Source of the DNA: an uncultured Nitrososphaerales archaeon
GTDB taxonomy: Archaea > Thermoproteota > Nitrososphaeria > Nitrososphaerales > Nitrososphaeraceae
Direction: 5' to 3'
Assembly: GCA_963713605.1 (NCBI GenBank)
Contig: CAVQMO010000001.1
Location: forward strand, 1,088,001-1,152,000
DNA length: 64,000 nt
The notes beneath the pieces were generated by a model. That model searched no databases. It was given only the letters and a program-made list of their open reading frames with translations, and was not told the origin of the DNA. The position numbers were made by a program, and so were the translations under genes. Shown piece by piece: positions 1-11,185 of this stretch; positions within the stretch are counted from its first letter, which is position 1; the number at the start of each line of letters is the position of its first letter.

Positions 1-3000
1 GCTTTCGACAGCGCATCGTGAAAACTTGACCCAAAACAGGCTACTTCCCCTGTAGATTGCATTTCGACACCAAGGACAATATCTGCACCCTCGAGCTGCC
101 ATAAAAGAAAATTGAGGAACTTTTATGCCGAAACCGGACTTTCTTAACCAACTGTCGCCACGATCGACAGGCAGTTTTCTTCCCATCACGGCTTGGGCCG
201 CCAGTGAAATTAGATTTATGCCTGTAAATTTTGATACGAATGGCATTGACCTAGAAGCCCGGATGTTGGCTTCTATCACGAACACCTGGCCTTCCTTTAC
301 CAAATACTGTATATTGAAAGGTCCTATTATTTTCATCGCCACTCCAATTCTTTTGCTGTATTCAGTGATCGTTTCTATAGTTTCTCTGTCTAACCTCCAA
401 GGAGGAATGCACATCATGGCGTCTCCCGAGTGTACACCAGCGTTGTCGATATGTTCGATAACTGATCCAATTACAACGCTTTGTCCGTCTCCCACTGCAT
501 CAACCTCCACTTCTGAAGCGTTTTCCAAAAACTTTGTCATAACAATTGGGTGATCAGGGCTTATGTTAGTAGCCTCAGTCAAGAATTTCTTCAATTGCTC
601 AGGGGTCCAGACAACTTTCATTGCAGCACCGCTAAGCACATAAGAAGGTCTAACGAGTAGAGGGTATTTCACTATTTCTGCAAATGATCGAGCTTTATTT
701 AAGCTCGTGAATTTTTTCCAAGCTGGCTGTTTTATACCCAAAGAATCAAGCAGGATTCCGAACTTAGATCGATCTTCAGCCTGGTCCACACTCGCGGCAG
801 ATGTTCCTATGATGTTGATATTCGCAGAAGCTAACCTTGGAGTTAGTATATTTGCAGTCTGGCCCCCAACGCAAGTCACTATCCCATCAGAATTTTCTCT
901 TTCGCAAATGTCCATTACTCTTTCAAATGTTAGTTCTTCGAAATACAAGCGGTCGCAAATATCGTAATCGGTGGAGACAGTCTCAGGGTTACAATTTATG
1001 ATTATGACTTCCTTGCAACCATTGTCTTTTAGGCCCCAAACCATATTAACAGTGCCCCAATCAAATTCTACACTGCTACCTATCCTGTATGGTCCTGCGC
1101 CTAGGACTATCACCTTTGAAGGCACACCCCTAGCTCGGGGCTCGCTAGCCTTCATATTAGGTATTAATGTCTTACCCTTTCTTTTTAAATCACAATGAAC
1201 GTCATCAAATTGACCGCCGTAAGTGAGATAAAGATAGTTGGTCCTTGCTGGCCATTCAGCAGCTAAAGTATCAATTTGTTTGGTAACAGGCAGGATCATC
1301 AACTTCTTTCTTAGTAATCTAACATCGATCTCGTCGATGTTCGAGCAATTGGCAATTTGGACGTCTGAGAATCCCATTTTCTTTGCTTCGAGTAATGTAT
1401 TCTTATCGAGACTTGAAGTTCTCAGCTTTTTCTCAGTCATGATTATTGTTTGTATCTTGTTTAGAAACCAAGGATCTATTGATGAAAGCGAGTTGACACG
1501 TTTCACTGACATGCCTATCTTCAATGCTCTAACCACATCAAAAAGGATCTCGTCTGTCGGATGCAATAGAGCTTGTTCGAGTGATTCAATCTCGTAATTT
1601 CCTATACTATTATTACTATCACTATTACTGTTACTATTACCACTATTACTATTGGTATTACTATTCTTAATACCAATTCCCATAGATGAAGATAAGTGCC
1701 CTAAAGAGGTAACTGGTTGGGAATTTACATCAGGACTAGGTAGATTACTCTTGTTTTCCGCCCAATTTGGATCCAAGGCATTATTCGAATCAATTCGCTC
1801 TCTCCGTTTTGACGTCAGAAGCGGCTTTCTCTGTTGCATTAGATTATTTGTCCCATAACTTTGATCATCGGTAACGAATGTAGAAAAATTATTACCGTCT
1901 GACCCATCATTATCATTCCTAGAATTGGAAACAAGGCCATGTTTTCCATTGTCGCACATTCTCACTGCCTTTTGAAGTACCTCTTCAAAACTCCTACCAA
2001 TCGCCATAACCTCTCCAACTGATTTCATTGTGCTGCCCAGTCTCTTTTTTACCAATTCAAATTTCTTGAAATCCCACCTAGGCATCTTCAGTACAATGTA
2101 GTCCAATGAAGGCTCAAAGCATGCTGTTGTAGCTTTCGTGACAGTGTTAACTAATTCAGGGAGTGAGTATCCTAAACTTACCCTTGCGGCCATGTATGCT
2201 AACGGATATCCGGTAGCCTTACTGGCCAATGCGGAGGATCTAGATAACCGCGCATTTACCTCGATAACACAATAGTTTTCTGAACTGGGGTCAAGCCCGA
2301 ACTGAATGTTGCACTCCCCAATGATATCACATTTCTTGGTGGCTTTCAGTGCGGCGCTGCGAAGTGTATGATATTCGTAGTTGTTTAGTGTCTGTGAAGG
2401 AGCCACGACTATGTTATCCCCCGTGTGAACCTTCATAGCTAAAACATTCTCCATATTACATACAATTACACTGTTTCCATGGTGGTCTCTCATCACTTCA
2501 TATTCAATCTGCTTCCAAGATCCTACATATTTTTCAATTAGAACCTGTCGAACTACGCTAAGAGCAAGTCCTCGCTGTACTATCTCCTGTAACTCATAAT
2601 CATTGTAGGCAACACCGCCGCCTCGTCCACCCAGTGTATATGCAACCCTTATGATTACCGGATATCCTATTCGCTCAGCAATTTGTTGGGACTCTTCAAT
2701 GGAGTTCGCTGATGAGCTTTCAAGAACTGGAAGCCCACATTCAACCATTCTATCTTTGAAAAGTTGTCTATCTTCGGTGGTTTGAATACCGTGAATTTGA
2801 GTGCCTAATACCTTTATTCCATATTTCTTGAGGATCCCATTCTTCTCCAACGCAACGCCACAGTTTAAGGCTGTCTGGCCTCCAAAGCTCAACATTATAG
2901 AATCTGGGCGTTCGAGTTCGATTATGCTAGTTACATATTCAAGGTTAACGGGCAAGAGATATACTCGATCCGCAAATCTGCTATCGGTTTGAATAGTCGC

Positions 3001-3181
3001 AATATTTGGATTGATTAATAGAGTGTTTATGTTATCTTCCCTTAACGCTTTGAGGCATTGAGAACCAGAGTAATCGAACTGGCGGTCTTCGTTTTACCGA
3101 ATGACTTTCGCCTGCTTCTCCGATCTTAATTGCCCCGCTACCAAGGACTAGAACTTTCTTGATATTTTCATGTTTTCCCAA
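1..3181 (-). CDS. carB: Carbamoyl-phosphate synthase large subunit; 3' end outside window; predicted join(3181..3107, 3078..<1) after removal of a 28-nt intron
   Basis: Manual translation from TTG at 3181 (GGAG just upstream): [57 protein letters not shown]. The second-half motif [21 protein letters not shown] lies at ~1040-1120. It is directly downstream of carA. It is missing from the ORF track because it is interrupted and runs off the window. Confidence 0.97.
3079..3106 (-). other. Putative bulge-helix-bulge(-like) mRNA intron in carB, 28 nt (AGUCAUUCGGUAAAACGAAGACCGCCAG)
   Basis: mRNA reads GCA-GGCG-AA^A-GUC-A-UUCG-GUAAAA-CGAA-GAC-CGCC-AG^U-UCGAU. This gives a 4-bp GGCG/CGCC helix with 3-nt bulges AAA and AGU. 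Cutting after the second nt of each bulge gives GGC GAA UUC GAU (G-E-F-D) in frame. Confidence 0.85.
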
Positions 3182-3513
3182 ATCTCCAATCCCCCGTAAA
3201 TCCCACTACATCCAAAAAAATATTATTCTGCTGCAGAGTGAATAAATCTTTAAGGATTGAAAGCTCTACATCCAGATTTTGATGCATTTCTCGAGTATTA
3301 GATCATGAATTGTTCCATATTATTGTATTCTTTTGTCTATAGTTGATCCAAACTATTTGCAGAACTGAATTGTACCAACAGATCTTCAGCATCTACATCA
3401 TTAACGCTACCTGCTGGTCTAGCAATTAACTATCCATTCCAATAATCTGGTTTAATTCCAGTATTCCGAGTAAAGTTATTGTTTTAGATAATGCAATTCC
3501 TATGATCATTGTC

Positions 3514-4905
3514 TCAATGAGTTGCTGTCAGATTGTAATAATTCTTGATAATGTCTCTGAATTTTTCAAAGACAAACATACAATCATATGGCCCTGGTGA
3601 AGCCTCAGGGTGAAATTGTACGCCGATGATAGGTTTGGTATTATGTTGAATGCCTTCTACGGTTTCGTCATCGGGATTATAAAACCAAGTAGTAAAATCT
3701 GTTTTCTGTAGGCTCAACGTATCTATTCCATAGCCATGATTTTGACTCGTTATGTAGGTAGTATTGTCGTTTTTGTCGATGCAGGGTTTATTTTGACCTC
3801 GATGGCCATATTTTAGCTTGTATGTTTTTGCCCCGGCCGCAAGTGCCAGAATCTGATTACCAAGACAGATACCTAAAGTTGGTATCGATTCTTCAATTAA
3901 TCTTTTGGCCGTGTTGATAGTTGCTGAGCAAATCTCTGGGTCGCCTGGTCCGTTGCTTATAACGACCCCAGCTGGATCATAAGCCTTAAGAGAATCATAT
4001 TTAGTGTCCCAAGGTAGCCTGACTACTGAGAATCCCAGCGATAAGATGTTACGGACTATACTAAATTTCGTTCCAGTATCTAGTAGAACTATTCTCTTAG
4101 TGCTGGAGCTTTTGATATCTTCGACAGCAGGATCATAAAACTTGACTGCTTCAGTCGAAACCTCGGGCATAAAGTTTACTCCCTCATAACTTGAACCTTC
4201 AAGACGCTCTTTAATCCTTGGCAAATTCAACCTGATCCCCCGGGCTGTTGCCCTTATTTCCCCGTCAACTGCAACAGGCTTTCGAGCCTTCTTTGGACTA
4301 CCTATTGCCTCGACGTTTATAGCACCCATCATCACTCCATGCGATCGAAGTCGTTTGGTTAATTCACGGGTATCAACTCCATATATCCCAGGTATCTTTT
4401 GATCGTATAGCCATTCATCAAGGGTCCTAATAGAACTCCAATGACTAGCACTAAATGAAAGATTCTGAACAATCAATCCTCTGACCTGAATGGACATAGA
4501 TTCGAAAAATCTAGGAAGTCCAAATTGATCTTTCAAGTTGAAATCAGGGACGCCATAATTTCCAATCAATGGATATGTTAAGCATAAGATTTGGCCTCTG
4601 TAAGAAGGATCCGTTAGTGTCTCAGTATATCCTACCATACCTGTGTTAAAAACTACTTCCCCTTCCATATACGTTGGGAACCCAAAGCCGATGCCTCTCA
4701 TCGTCAATCCATCCTTCAACACAAGGTATCCCGTAAGCTTAGAATCAGACCCTATCAGATTGGTGAAATTTGAACCCTTCAGCCAATTTGAATTGACGAG
4801 ATTTAAACTTTCTTGTTGAAAATGATTACCGTAGGCATTGCACGGGATTAAATAGCCAGTTTCTAACCATGGTTCTGTAGCTATCAGAGACCGAACCAAA
4901 CTCAC
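3514..4905 (-). CDS. carA: Carbamoyl-phosphate synthase small subunit (glutamine amidotransferase); true start may be downstream of 4905
   Basis: Motifs GEVVFNTGMVGY, LTDPSYRGQI, SNGPGDP, LGICLGNQ (catalytic Cys), GHRGQNKP and QFHPEASPGP. Confidence 0.97.
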   Translation of the reverse strand: MSLVRSLIATEPWLETGYLIPCNAYGNHFQQESLNLVNSNWLKGSNFTNLIGSDSKLTGYLVLKDGLTMRGIGFGFPTYMEGEVVFNTGMVGYTETLTDPSYRGQILCLTYPLIGNYGVPDFNLKDQFGLPRFFESMSIQVRGLIVQNLSFSASHWSSIRTLDEWLYDQKIPGIYGVDTRELTKRLRSHGVMMGAINVEAIGSPKKARKPVAVDGEIRATARGIRLNLPRIKERLEGSSYEGVNFMPEVSTEAVKFYDPAVEDIKSSSTKRIVLLDTGTKFSIVRNILSLGFSVVRLPWDTKYDSLKAYDPAGVVISNGPGDPEICSATINTAKRLIEESIPTLGICLGNQILALAAGAKTYKLKYGHRGQNKPCIDKNDNTTYITSQNHGYGIDTLSLQKTDFTTWFYNPDDETVEGIQHNTKPIIGVQFHPEASPGPYDCMFVFEKFRDIIKNYYNLTATH

Positions 4906-4952
4906 TTAAAAGTAGCGAACAGGTTAAATGGAGTATACATTACGTCTATAAT

Positions 4953-5912
4953 ATGAGAGGCAACCCTCCCCTATTCTATTCTCTACTTACCATTGTTATG
5001 ATGTTTGCTCTATTCCAAATAGGCATTGCAGGATCGGAATTCTTGTCTGAAGCTAATGGAGCAAATGATGCCTTTAGCGTACAAGAAGCAAATTCTACAA
5101 GTCACAAAAAAGATATCTTTGGTGTAACAGAAATATACCCTACTGTGAGCGGAGGAAGGGAATGGTTCGTGAATATGACTAATCCTGCAAATAGTACACA
5201 TTTTAGTGAAACAGGAGGTTTTGAGCTATTAAGACAGAATGACGGCTCTTGGAGAGCTAACTCAACCCACGTTAGGCTGGTCGTGGAGACTCCACAAAAT
5301 ATGACCGAGTGGAAGAATGTGGAAATCACTGGTTATGCGAAGTTGAGCCTACCGACCAACGTTAACTCGACCTCATCTATTGATTCAAATTCCATTAACT
5401 CTACGGCAAACAATAGCGAATCGGGAGAAATTGATGATTTGGCATTCATAGGCCGTAGTGGCAGACATAGCTCAGAAGTTCCTTGTGAAGGGACCGCCTA
5501 CGTAGGCGGCTTACACAATGAAGGATCAGTAGGATGGAAGAAGGAGATATGGCACACAGGCGGATATACTGATGAACGAGCAAAGAATATTGTTACTGAG
5601 CCATTATTAGATCGGTGGGTGGGATGGAAAGTGATAATTTATGACATTCAGGTGAATAACCAAACGGCAGTGAAATTAAAATCATATCTAGATGACCATA
5701 ATAATGACAGTTGGAAAAAGGTCACTGAAATAATTGACAACGGAGGTTGGTACTCAAGAAGCACAGATGAAGAGTTTTTTAAAGCGGATTGTGGGAAGGC
5801 GAGAGATCATATTATCGCCGAAGCAGGTCCTTTTGTAATATTTAGAACTGATAATCTTATTCTTGATTTTAAAAACTTAAGTGTAAGAGAGATTGATCCT
5901 CCATCGGCTTAA
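4953..5912 (+). CDS. Secreted hypothetical protein (Trp-rich beta domain, possibly carbohydrate-active)
   Basis: 319-aa ORF with N-terminal signal/TM segment, many NxS/T sequons and a Trp-rich C-terminal domain. Confidence 0.75.
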   Translation: MRGNPPLFYSLLTIVMMFALFQIGIAGSEFLSEANGANDAFSVQEANSTSHKKDIFGVTEIYPTVSGGREWFVNMTNPANSTHFSETGGFELLRQNDGSWRANSTHVRLVVETPQNMTEWKNVEITGYAKLSLPTNVNSTSSIDSNSINSTANNSESGEIDDLAFIGRSGRHSSEVPCEGTAYVGGLHNEGSVGWKKEIWHTGGYTDERAKNIVTEPLLDRWVGWKVIIYDIQVNNQTAVKLKSYLDDHNNDSWKKVTEIIDNGGWYSRSTDEEFFKADCGKARDHIIAEAGPFVIFRTDNLILDFKNLSVREIDPPSA

Positions 5913-6054
5913 ATGAATAGTGCAATATCGTCTGCGAATAGTTCGGTAAGTGCTTACAGAGGATTCATCCTATGTTGAATCCATGCGGTCTCACAAATGT
6001 AGTTCTTTTAATATTTTCGGCTGGAGATTAGATACTGCCGACAGGCCGACTACC

Positions 6055-6236
6055 TTAGTCTTTCTTGAGTTTTTTGGCAGCTTCCAGTATTATCTTTGCT
6101 ACATCACGCTCAATACCAAGTGAAGAGGCAAGATGATCAACATCAGATGATATAATAGAGTCGAACGTAAATCCCGACCTCGTCAACACTCTTTGAGCCC
6201 ATCAGGAATTTCTAGTTCCTGAATTGTATATTCCAT
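6055..6236 (-). CDS. Small helix-hairpin-helix-like protein, 1-nt frameshift near 6190
   Basis: Repaired manual translation MEYTIQELEIPDGLKE(x)LTRSGFTFDSIISSDVDHLASSLGIERDVAKIILEAAKKLKKD*. Confidence 0.55.
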
Positions 6237-6341
6237 AACAAAAGTAATTTTGGACATACTAATATACTCTTCTAGTAAATTTATATATAGATGATATGGG
6301 CATCACAGAAATATCTTTTGGCTTATGAGTAGTTTGTCATA

Positions 6342-6599
6342 TTGGCGCAGCGGTCATCGGTATTTGATAGCATAGACGATTGGAGTCTAATAATAAATTC
6401 TAGACGCGAGGCAAGTACCTCAGATCAAGCGTTGTGTGGTAGAGTGGTGGCAGAATTCAAAGATGCAATAGTTGTCTTAAATTTTGGTCGATACCAGACA
6501 AATAAATTTTTAGTTCCTAAATCAAAAGTGGATGGATTTGACGGAACACTTGTACACCTTAAAATTCCTCAAATGAATCTAATCTCGTTCTGCTACTAA
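6342..6599 (+). CDS. Small hypothetical protein (PRC-barrel-like)
   Basis: 85-aa ORF with pattern GRVVAE...KFLVPKSKVDGFDG and an AT-rich TATA-like sequence upstream. Confidence 0.55.
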   Translation: MAQRSSVFDSIDDWSLIINSRREASTSDQALCGRVVAEFKDAIVVLNFGRYQTNKFLVPKSKVDGFDGTLVHLKIPQMNLISFCY

Positions 6600-7057
6600 G
6601 ATACACCCACCATTCCCGTTGACATTGAACAAAAAGAGTAATATCGCCTTGAGTTAGCCTTGAAATAGTGCGCAATGCTTTCCAATGAAAATAGAAACGT
6701 ATTCATCCACGGTATAGATTTTTCACGACCTCTAAAACACATTGCTCATGGCACTACTTTCTCCTAAACACGCAGAATTTCTCTGCTGATACTTTCGTAT
6801 ACATTCAAAAAGAAAACGAAATGGTCAGCACACCGTTGGTGTGAGAAATAGTTGTTACCCTTTCAAACACCAATTTGGGTGGCAATGATATTGCTTAAGT
6901 AATTGCTTCCGAGCAATTTGAGCTTATTATCTTATTAGGGGGATACTTCAGCCAGACGTAAGTGCAGGATTCGCAATAAGATATTGTTCCATGACTTCTC
7001 TAACCAAGCTTTTTCAATACTTAACACAAGTTTAAGCTATGGCCTATAATCAATCTA

Positions 7058-9767
7058 TCAATCATGACGTATATATGAAATTACTAAAATTGTCCCAAAT
7101 GCGCCAATGTAAAACCCCATGCCCACCAACAGAGTATTGTTAAGCCCTACCACCATCGCCGAAATGACTGCAAGGACGGAACCTATCACTGAGGCAATAA
7201 TGTTAACACCCCAGATTAGTGTTACATTGTGATCTTCGGTTTCGTTGATCTCTTCCGACGCAGCTCTATTGGAATCAGCAGTTTTACTATTGGAGCCAAT
7301 TTGACTCTGTATAGCATCGGCATATTTTCTCTTGTATTTAGTCGATATGCGAATGATAGATGGAAATTGGAATCCCATTAGAAAACCCATTGGTGTAAGA
7401 AATATGACACTAAGGGTGATTCGTTCGTAGATTGATAGGACTATACTCTGATATATTACATCATTTATGAGGAAATAGTATGAAATGGTTACTACGATTA
7501 GGAATGGAATGGAAATAAGAATTGCTCTCTCAGGCCTAGCGGGGAATAACTTTCCACTGGCGAATGATCCTATTCCTGTAGCAACCAATATTGAGAAGAG
7601 AATGACTGTTAATGCCAAGACCGGGGTTCCCAGGATCAATAAGAATTTCTGGATCAAAGTGATTTCAAAGAACATGAAACCCAAACCAATACAAGTGGCG
7701 AAAACTAAATAGTACTTGTTTGATAACAGAACTGATACCATATCAATCTTATTTAATTTAGAATAGTAAATCAAAATAGTAAACAAAACCCCAGAAAGAA
7801 TAAGTACAGTGGTAAATAGTATTATTAGCTGTGATGGGATTCGTTCTCTTGCGAAGAAAAAGGGAGAATCATCTGTGGGAGGAGGAAGAGAAGAAAAGCT
7901 TGAATTTTCGTTCCCCCCAAGCGACCCAATTGGCCTTAAATTGTTAGTAAGTGCTTCTTCAAATTCAGTTCGCACGTAGTCAGTGGGTAATAGTATAGTT
8001 CTAGCATTTCTTTCAGAGACTCTTTGTTTGACTATTTCCAGTTCTTCTGTTGAAAAGGCGCTATCTTTAATCATCACTAATACGGGATAGATTGAGCCTT
8101 CACTTGAAGGCAAGAAGTAAAGGCCGGGTTTATTTTCTACTATGATTATCTTATTCAGAATGTCTTGGTTTTCGTCTAAGATACTAGCCGTTGATCCATT
8201 TCTTTGGCCAATCGATGATTCATAACTGTCTTCACGAAGAGATTCATAAATCAAAGGTATCAGCCTCGGCAATTCTATGTTCCATCGTATCATCACTAAC
8301 ATGCCATGATCTTCATTCAAATGTTCCAGATATTGTTTGAATGCTTCTACCGTGTATAGGTAATTCTCAGACAACGCATATCCACCGGCAAGTTGCGCTG
8401 CCCATGAATCCACAAGCTTAATCATAATCAGGTCGAAACTTGAATCTGTACCACTTAGGTATCTTCTCCCTTCATCAATTACCAATTCCACCTGATCTCG
8501 GTCATACAAGTTGCCAGCAGCCTGACCAAACTGTTTTGCTGCTTCAATGATTAACGGGTTTATTTCAACTGCGGTTACATTTTTTGATCCTCCTGCCAAG
8601 GATGTAAGAACATCTTCGCCTCCCCCACTACCAATTACTAAGGTTGAGTTAGTCTCTGAAATCTCATAAGGCAAGAAATCCATGTAACCCCTGATCCATT
8701 CCAGATCCTGTGATGTCCCATTCCAACGTATAACTGGTGTGTCAGCATCGGCATCTATCGCAATGGCAGCTAGGGCCCTTAACCTCCCTGAGGCATCTAA
8801 GCTTTGAGATTGAGTCGTATTGTGTATTTGGCGTGTCACATCAATCCTTGAAAATGAATTCCACTCTGTAAAAAGATGCTCAAAACCCTGTGGATTTGAA
8901 AGCTGATAATATAATCCTTTTTTCTCTCCTGGTTTAATTGAAATCAAATCTGCATGTGAGGAACTCAATGCCAGAATCACTGAAAGTATAATTACAAGAC
9001 CCAAGGAAATCAATAACAATCTAATTAATTGCGTCCTGGGCCCATGGCTAATAATGGTGTTACTATGATTTAGACCTTGTTCTGTATTTGAATACTGTCT
9101 ATTGCGTAGACTCAGATCTGCCCATCTGAAGACAGACTTTTTGAATATTAGTGTTCGTGGTACGTGAATAGAAAAGTAAGTATTATTTCCGCGCATGACA
9201 AATATTCCAAGCACACAAGTCACGGATACCAGCAGGGAAACAAAAACTAGGGTGTATTCGGCTCCAAAACCTCTAAGCAATGGGTCCAACAAAAGCGTGG
9301 CAGCTCGCAGATCCCATTAAGTCAAGAAAATAAAGCCTACTGATTTCTCTTGGTCTGGTATAAAAAATAAGAGCTATGGTAATACCTGCAAATAAGAATG
9401 GTAATGATGAGGCGAGGTAGAAAAGGTAAAGAAAATCCACACTAGGCGGAATGAAATAGCTCGTTACAATTAGGAAAACCCCAATAGATATCGCAAAACC
9501 CAAAGAAGATTTTAGCAAATAGATCGGAACTTTTTCCCTTCGCAGACGATTCTTAGCGATGTGAACAACGAGTGAACCTATACCAAGGCCAAAAAAAGCG
9601 ATTGATATGGCCATAAATGCATAGTCATACCAGAGAATTATTGAGAAGATTCTAGTGAGAGTGAGCTCTAAAAGTAATACACTCGATGATATTACTGCAA
9701 GAAGGATGGCGTAAAATAATACCAGCGAGGTGCCAACAATCAATCCATGTTGAAACACCAACCCCAT
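7058..9767 (-). CDS. Multi-pass membrane protein fused to a spermidine synthase-like SAM-dependent domain; split by a 1-nt insertion at ~9305
   Basis: LVIGSGGGED and AVEINP SAM-binding motifs, PPPTDDSPFFF and many TM helices. ORFs 9273-9767 and 7058-9292 join as DLMGSAAATLLLDPLL if one base is removed from GCGAGC. Confidence 0.85.
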
Positions 9768-9897
9768 CTAAATTTATTACTAAGTAAATTTACCCTTGAA
9801 ATAGAAGTTTATGATTAGGAAAAGATGACTTCTAACGTTGAGATAATTCTAGCCTGAACCTGATATCGTTCAATTTGATTGCGAATCCCTTGAAATG

Positions 9898-10050
9898 CTA
9901 AGGAATAAAGTACACAATGAAACTGGCGCCTATAATCGCAGTTACAATCAAGGCCGTGATTATTATCCCCTTCTTAGTAGTCTTTCGTCTCTTTAGCGGT
10001 CGATCTACCACTTTATCATCAATATTTCTCCGATTATTATCCTGTTCCAA
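9898..10050 (-). CDS. Small single-pass membrane protein (~50 aa)
   Basis: Manual translation from TTG: MEQDNNRRNIDDKVVDRPLKRRKTTKKGIIITALIVTAIIGASFIVYFIP*. Confidence 0.5.
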   Translation of the reverse strand: MEQDNNRRNIDDKVVDRPLKRRKTTKKGIIITALIVTAIIGASFIVYFIP

Positions 10051-10411
10051 ACAGTTTCATCACCTTACTGATATTTAATCTATATCAGAAACTGGCAATT
10101 ATAAACGTGACTATTAATTCATGTTGGATTTGACTTTCACTTGTAATACAGTGAGACACGAAATGTATGGATTCATTCAAGAATTCTACGATGTGCATCC
10201 TTCTCAGGCTCTTGCCATGTTTTCTCTGCAAATTAGCCTAAATCAAATGAATCATAGTAATAATGTTATCGCATTATGCCATAATGTTGCTTGCTCATTG
10301 TCTACTTTGGATTCAGGCAGCGACTGATAAGAAGATCAGCTTAATTTTTTCAATTAATTAGCCGCACTAAATTATCGTATTGAATTTTTAATTAATTAAC
10401 AAAGACACCTT

Positions 10412-10603
10412 GTGATGAGCGTGTCCTTCGTTACAGAATTAAGAGAAAGAATTGTTATCCTTCAGGAGGCTTTAGATTCAGAAAAAAACCTGCGGAAAAG
10501 GCTATATGATGAAAACCAGGTGCTAATTGATGAAAACCGAGAAATGGCTGATCAATTAGAGGCATTGAGAGCTCATTTGGAGGACATAGAGAAGTTAAGA
10601 TAG
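10412..10603 (+). CDS. Small coiled-coil protein
   Basis: Heptad-patterned, E/K/R/L-rich 63-aa ORF. Confidence 0.55.
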   Translation: MMSVSFVTELRERIVILQEALDSEKNLRKRLYDENQVLIDENREMADQLEALRAHLEDIEKLR

Positions 10604-11185
10604 GCATTGCGTCTTGACGAGAATTACTATTCTTAAGTTGCTTGAAAAGCGAGTACATGCGTCTATTCTAAAATCGCTCGTATGATCCTCCTGTGATTAT
10701 AAGATTCTATCCCAAGAACACGAGAAGGCGTCTTGTCCATATATTCCTCTATATTAGAAAGTCCTTCAAAATGATCGATTTTTTGACCTCGTACGCAAGA
10801 ATATCCTCACGTGAAACGGATTGGATTTACAACTAATTAGTATAACCGTGCTAGAAAATGCAGCTGAATTGCTTTGTCTTTAATCCTTTATTCCCGATCT
10901 CGAATATTGTGTCGACCTATGGGAGCAAGGTGGTCAAGTCTGAACACCCTCTGTGGAAGTTGGGAATCAGCTTCATAAGTATAATAAATTTCGTATTTGA
11001 CAATGACTTTCTGAATTCGTAAAACGCCGCTTTCAGTCATCTACATTTGAGAATGAGAACTGAACACTACGTACAACCTACGAATACAGTATCGGTGTGC
11101 ACGATATCATTGGAAATGCAGGGGTAGATGCGCGCGACCCGCAAATTAGAGTCACTTAAGTATATGGAATGCATATATATATCTT

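Noticed and set aside
1594..1923. Intein in CarB
   Set aside because: No intein-like N-terminal block or C-terminal His-Asn followed by Cys/Ser/Thr; the sequence is low-complexity.
125..2992. Plus-strand ORFs in the track (125-553, 707-967, 971-1198, 1238-1597, 1652-1858, 2801-2992)
   Set aside because: They are antisense shadows of carB.
3079..3106. carB break as a sequencing error, simple pseudogene or programmed ribosomal frameshift
   Set aside because: A 1-nt fix would still leave 9 foreign codons inside the invariant GE-FDYSG motif. The insert is self-complementary, with boundaries matching BHB cleavage, and the rest of carB and carA look intact. It is disfavoured rather than formally excluded.
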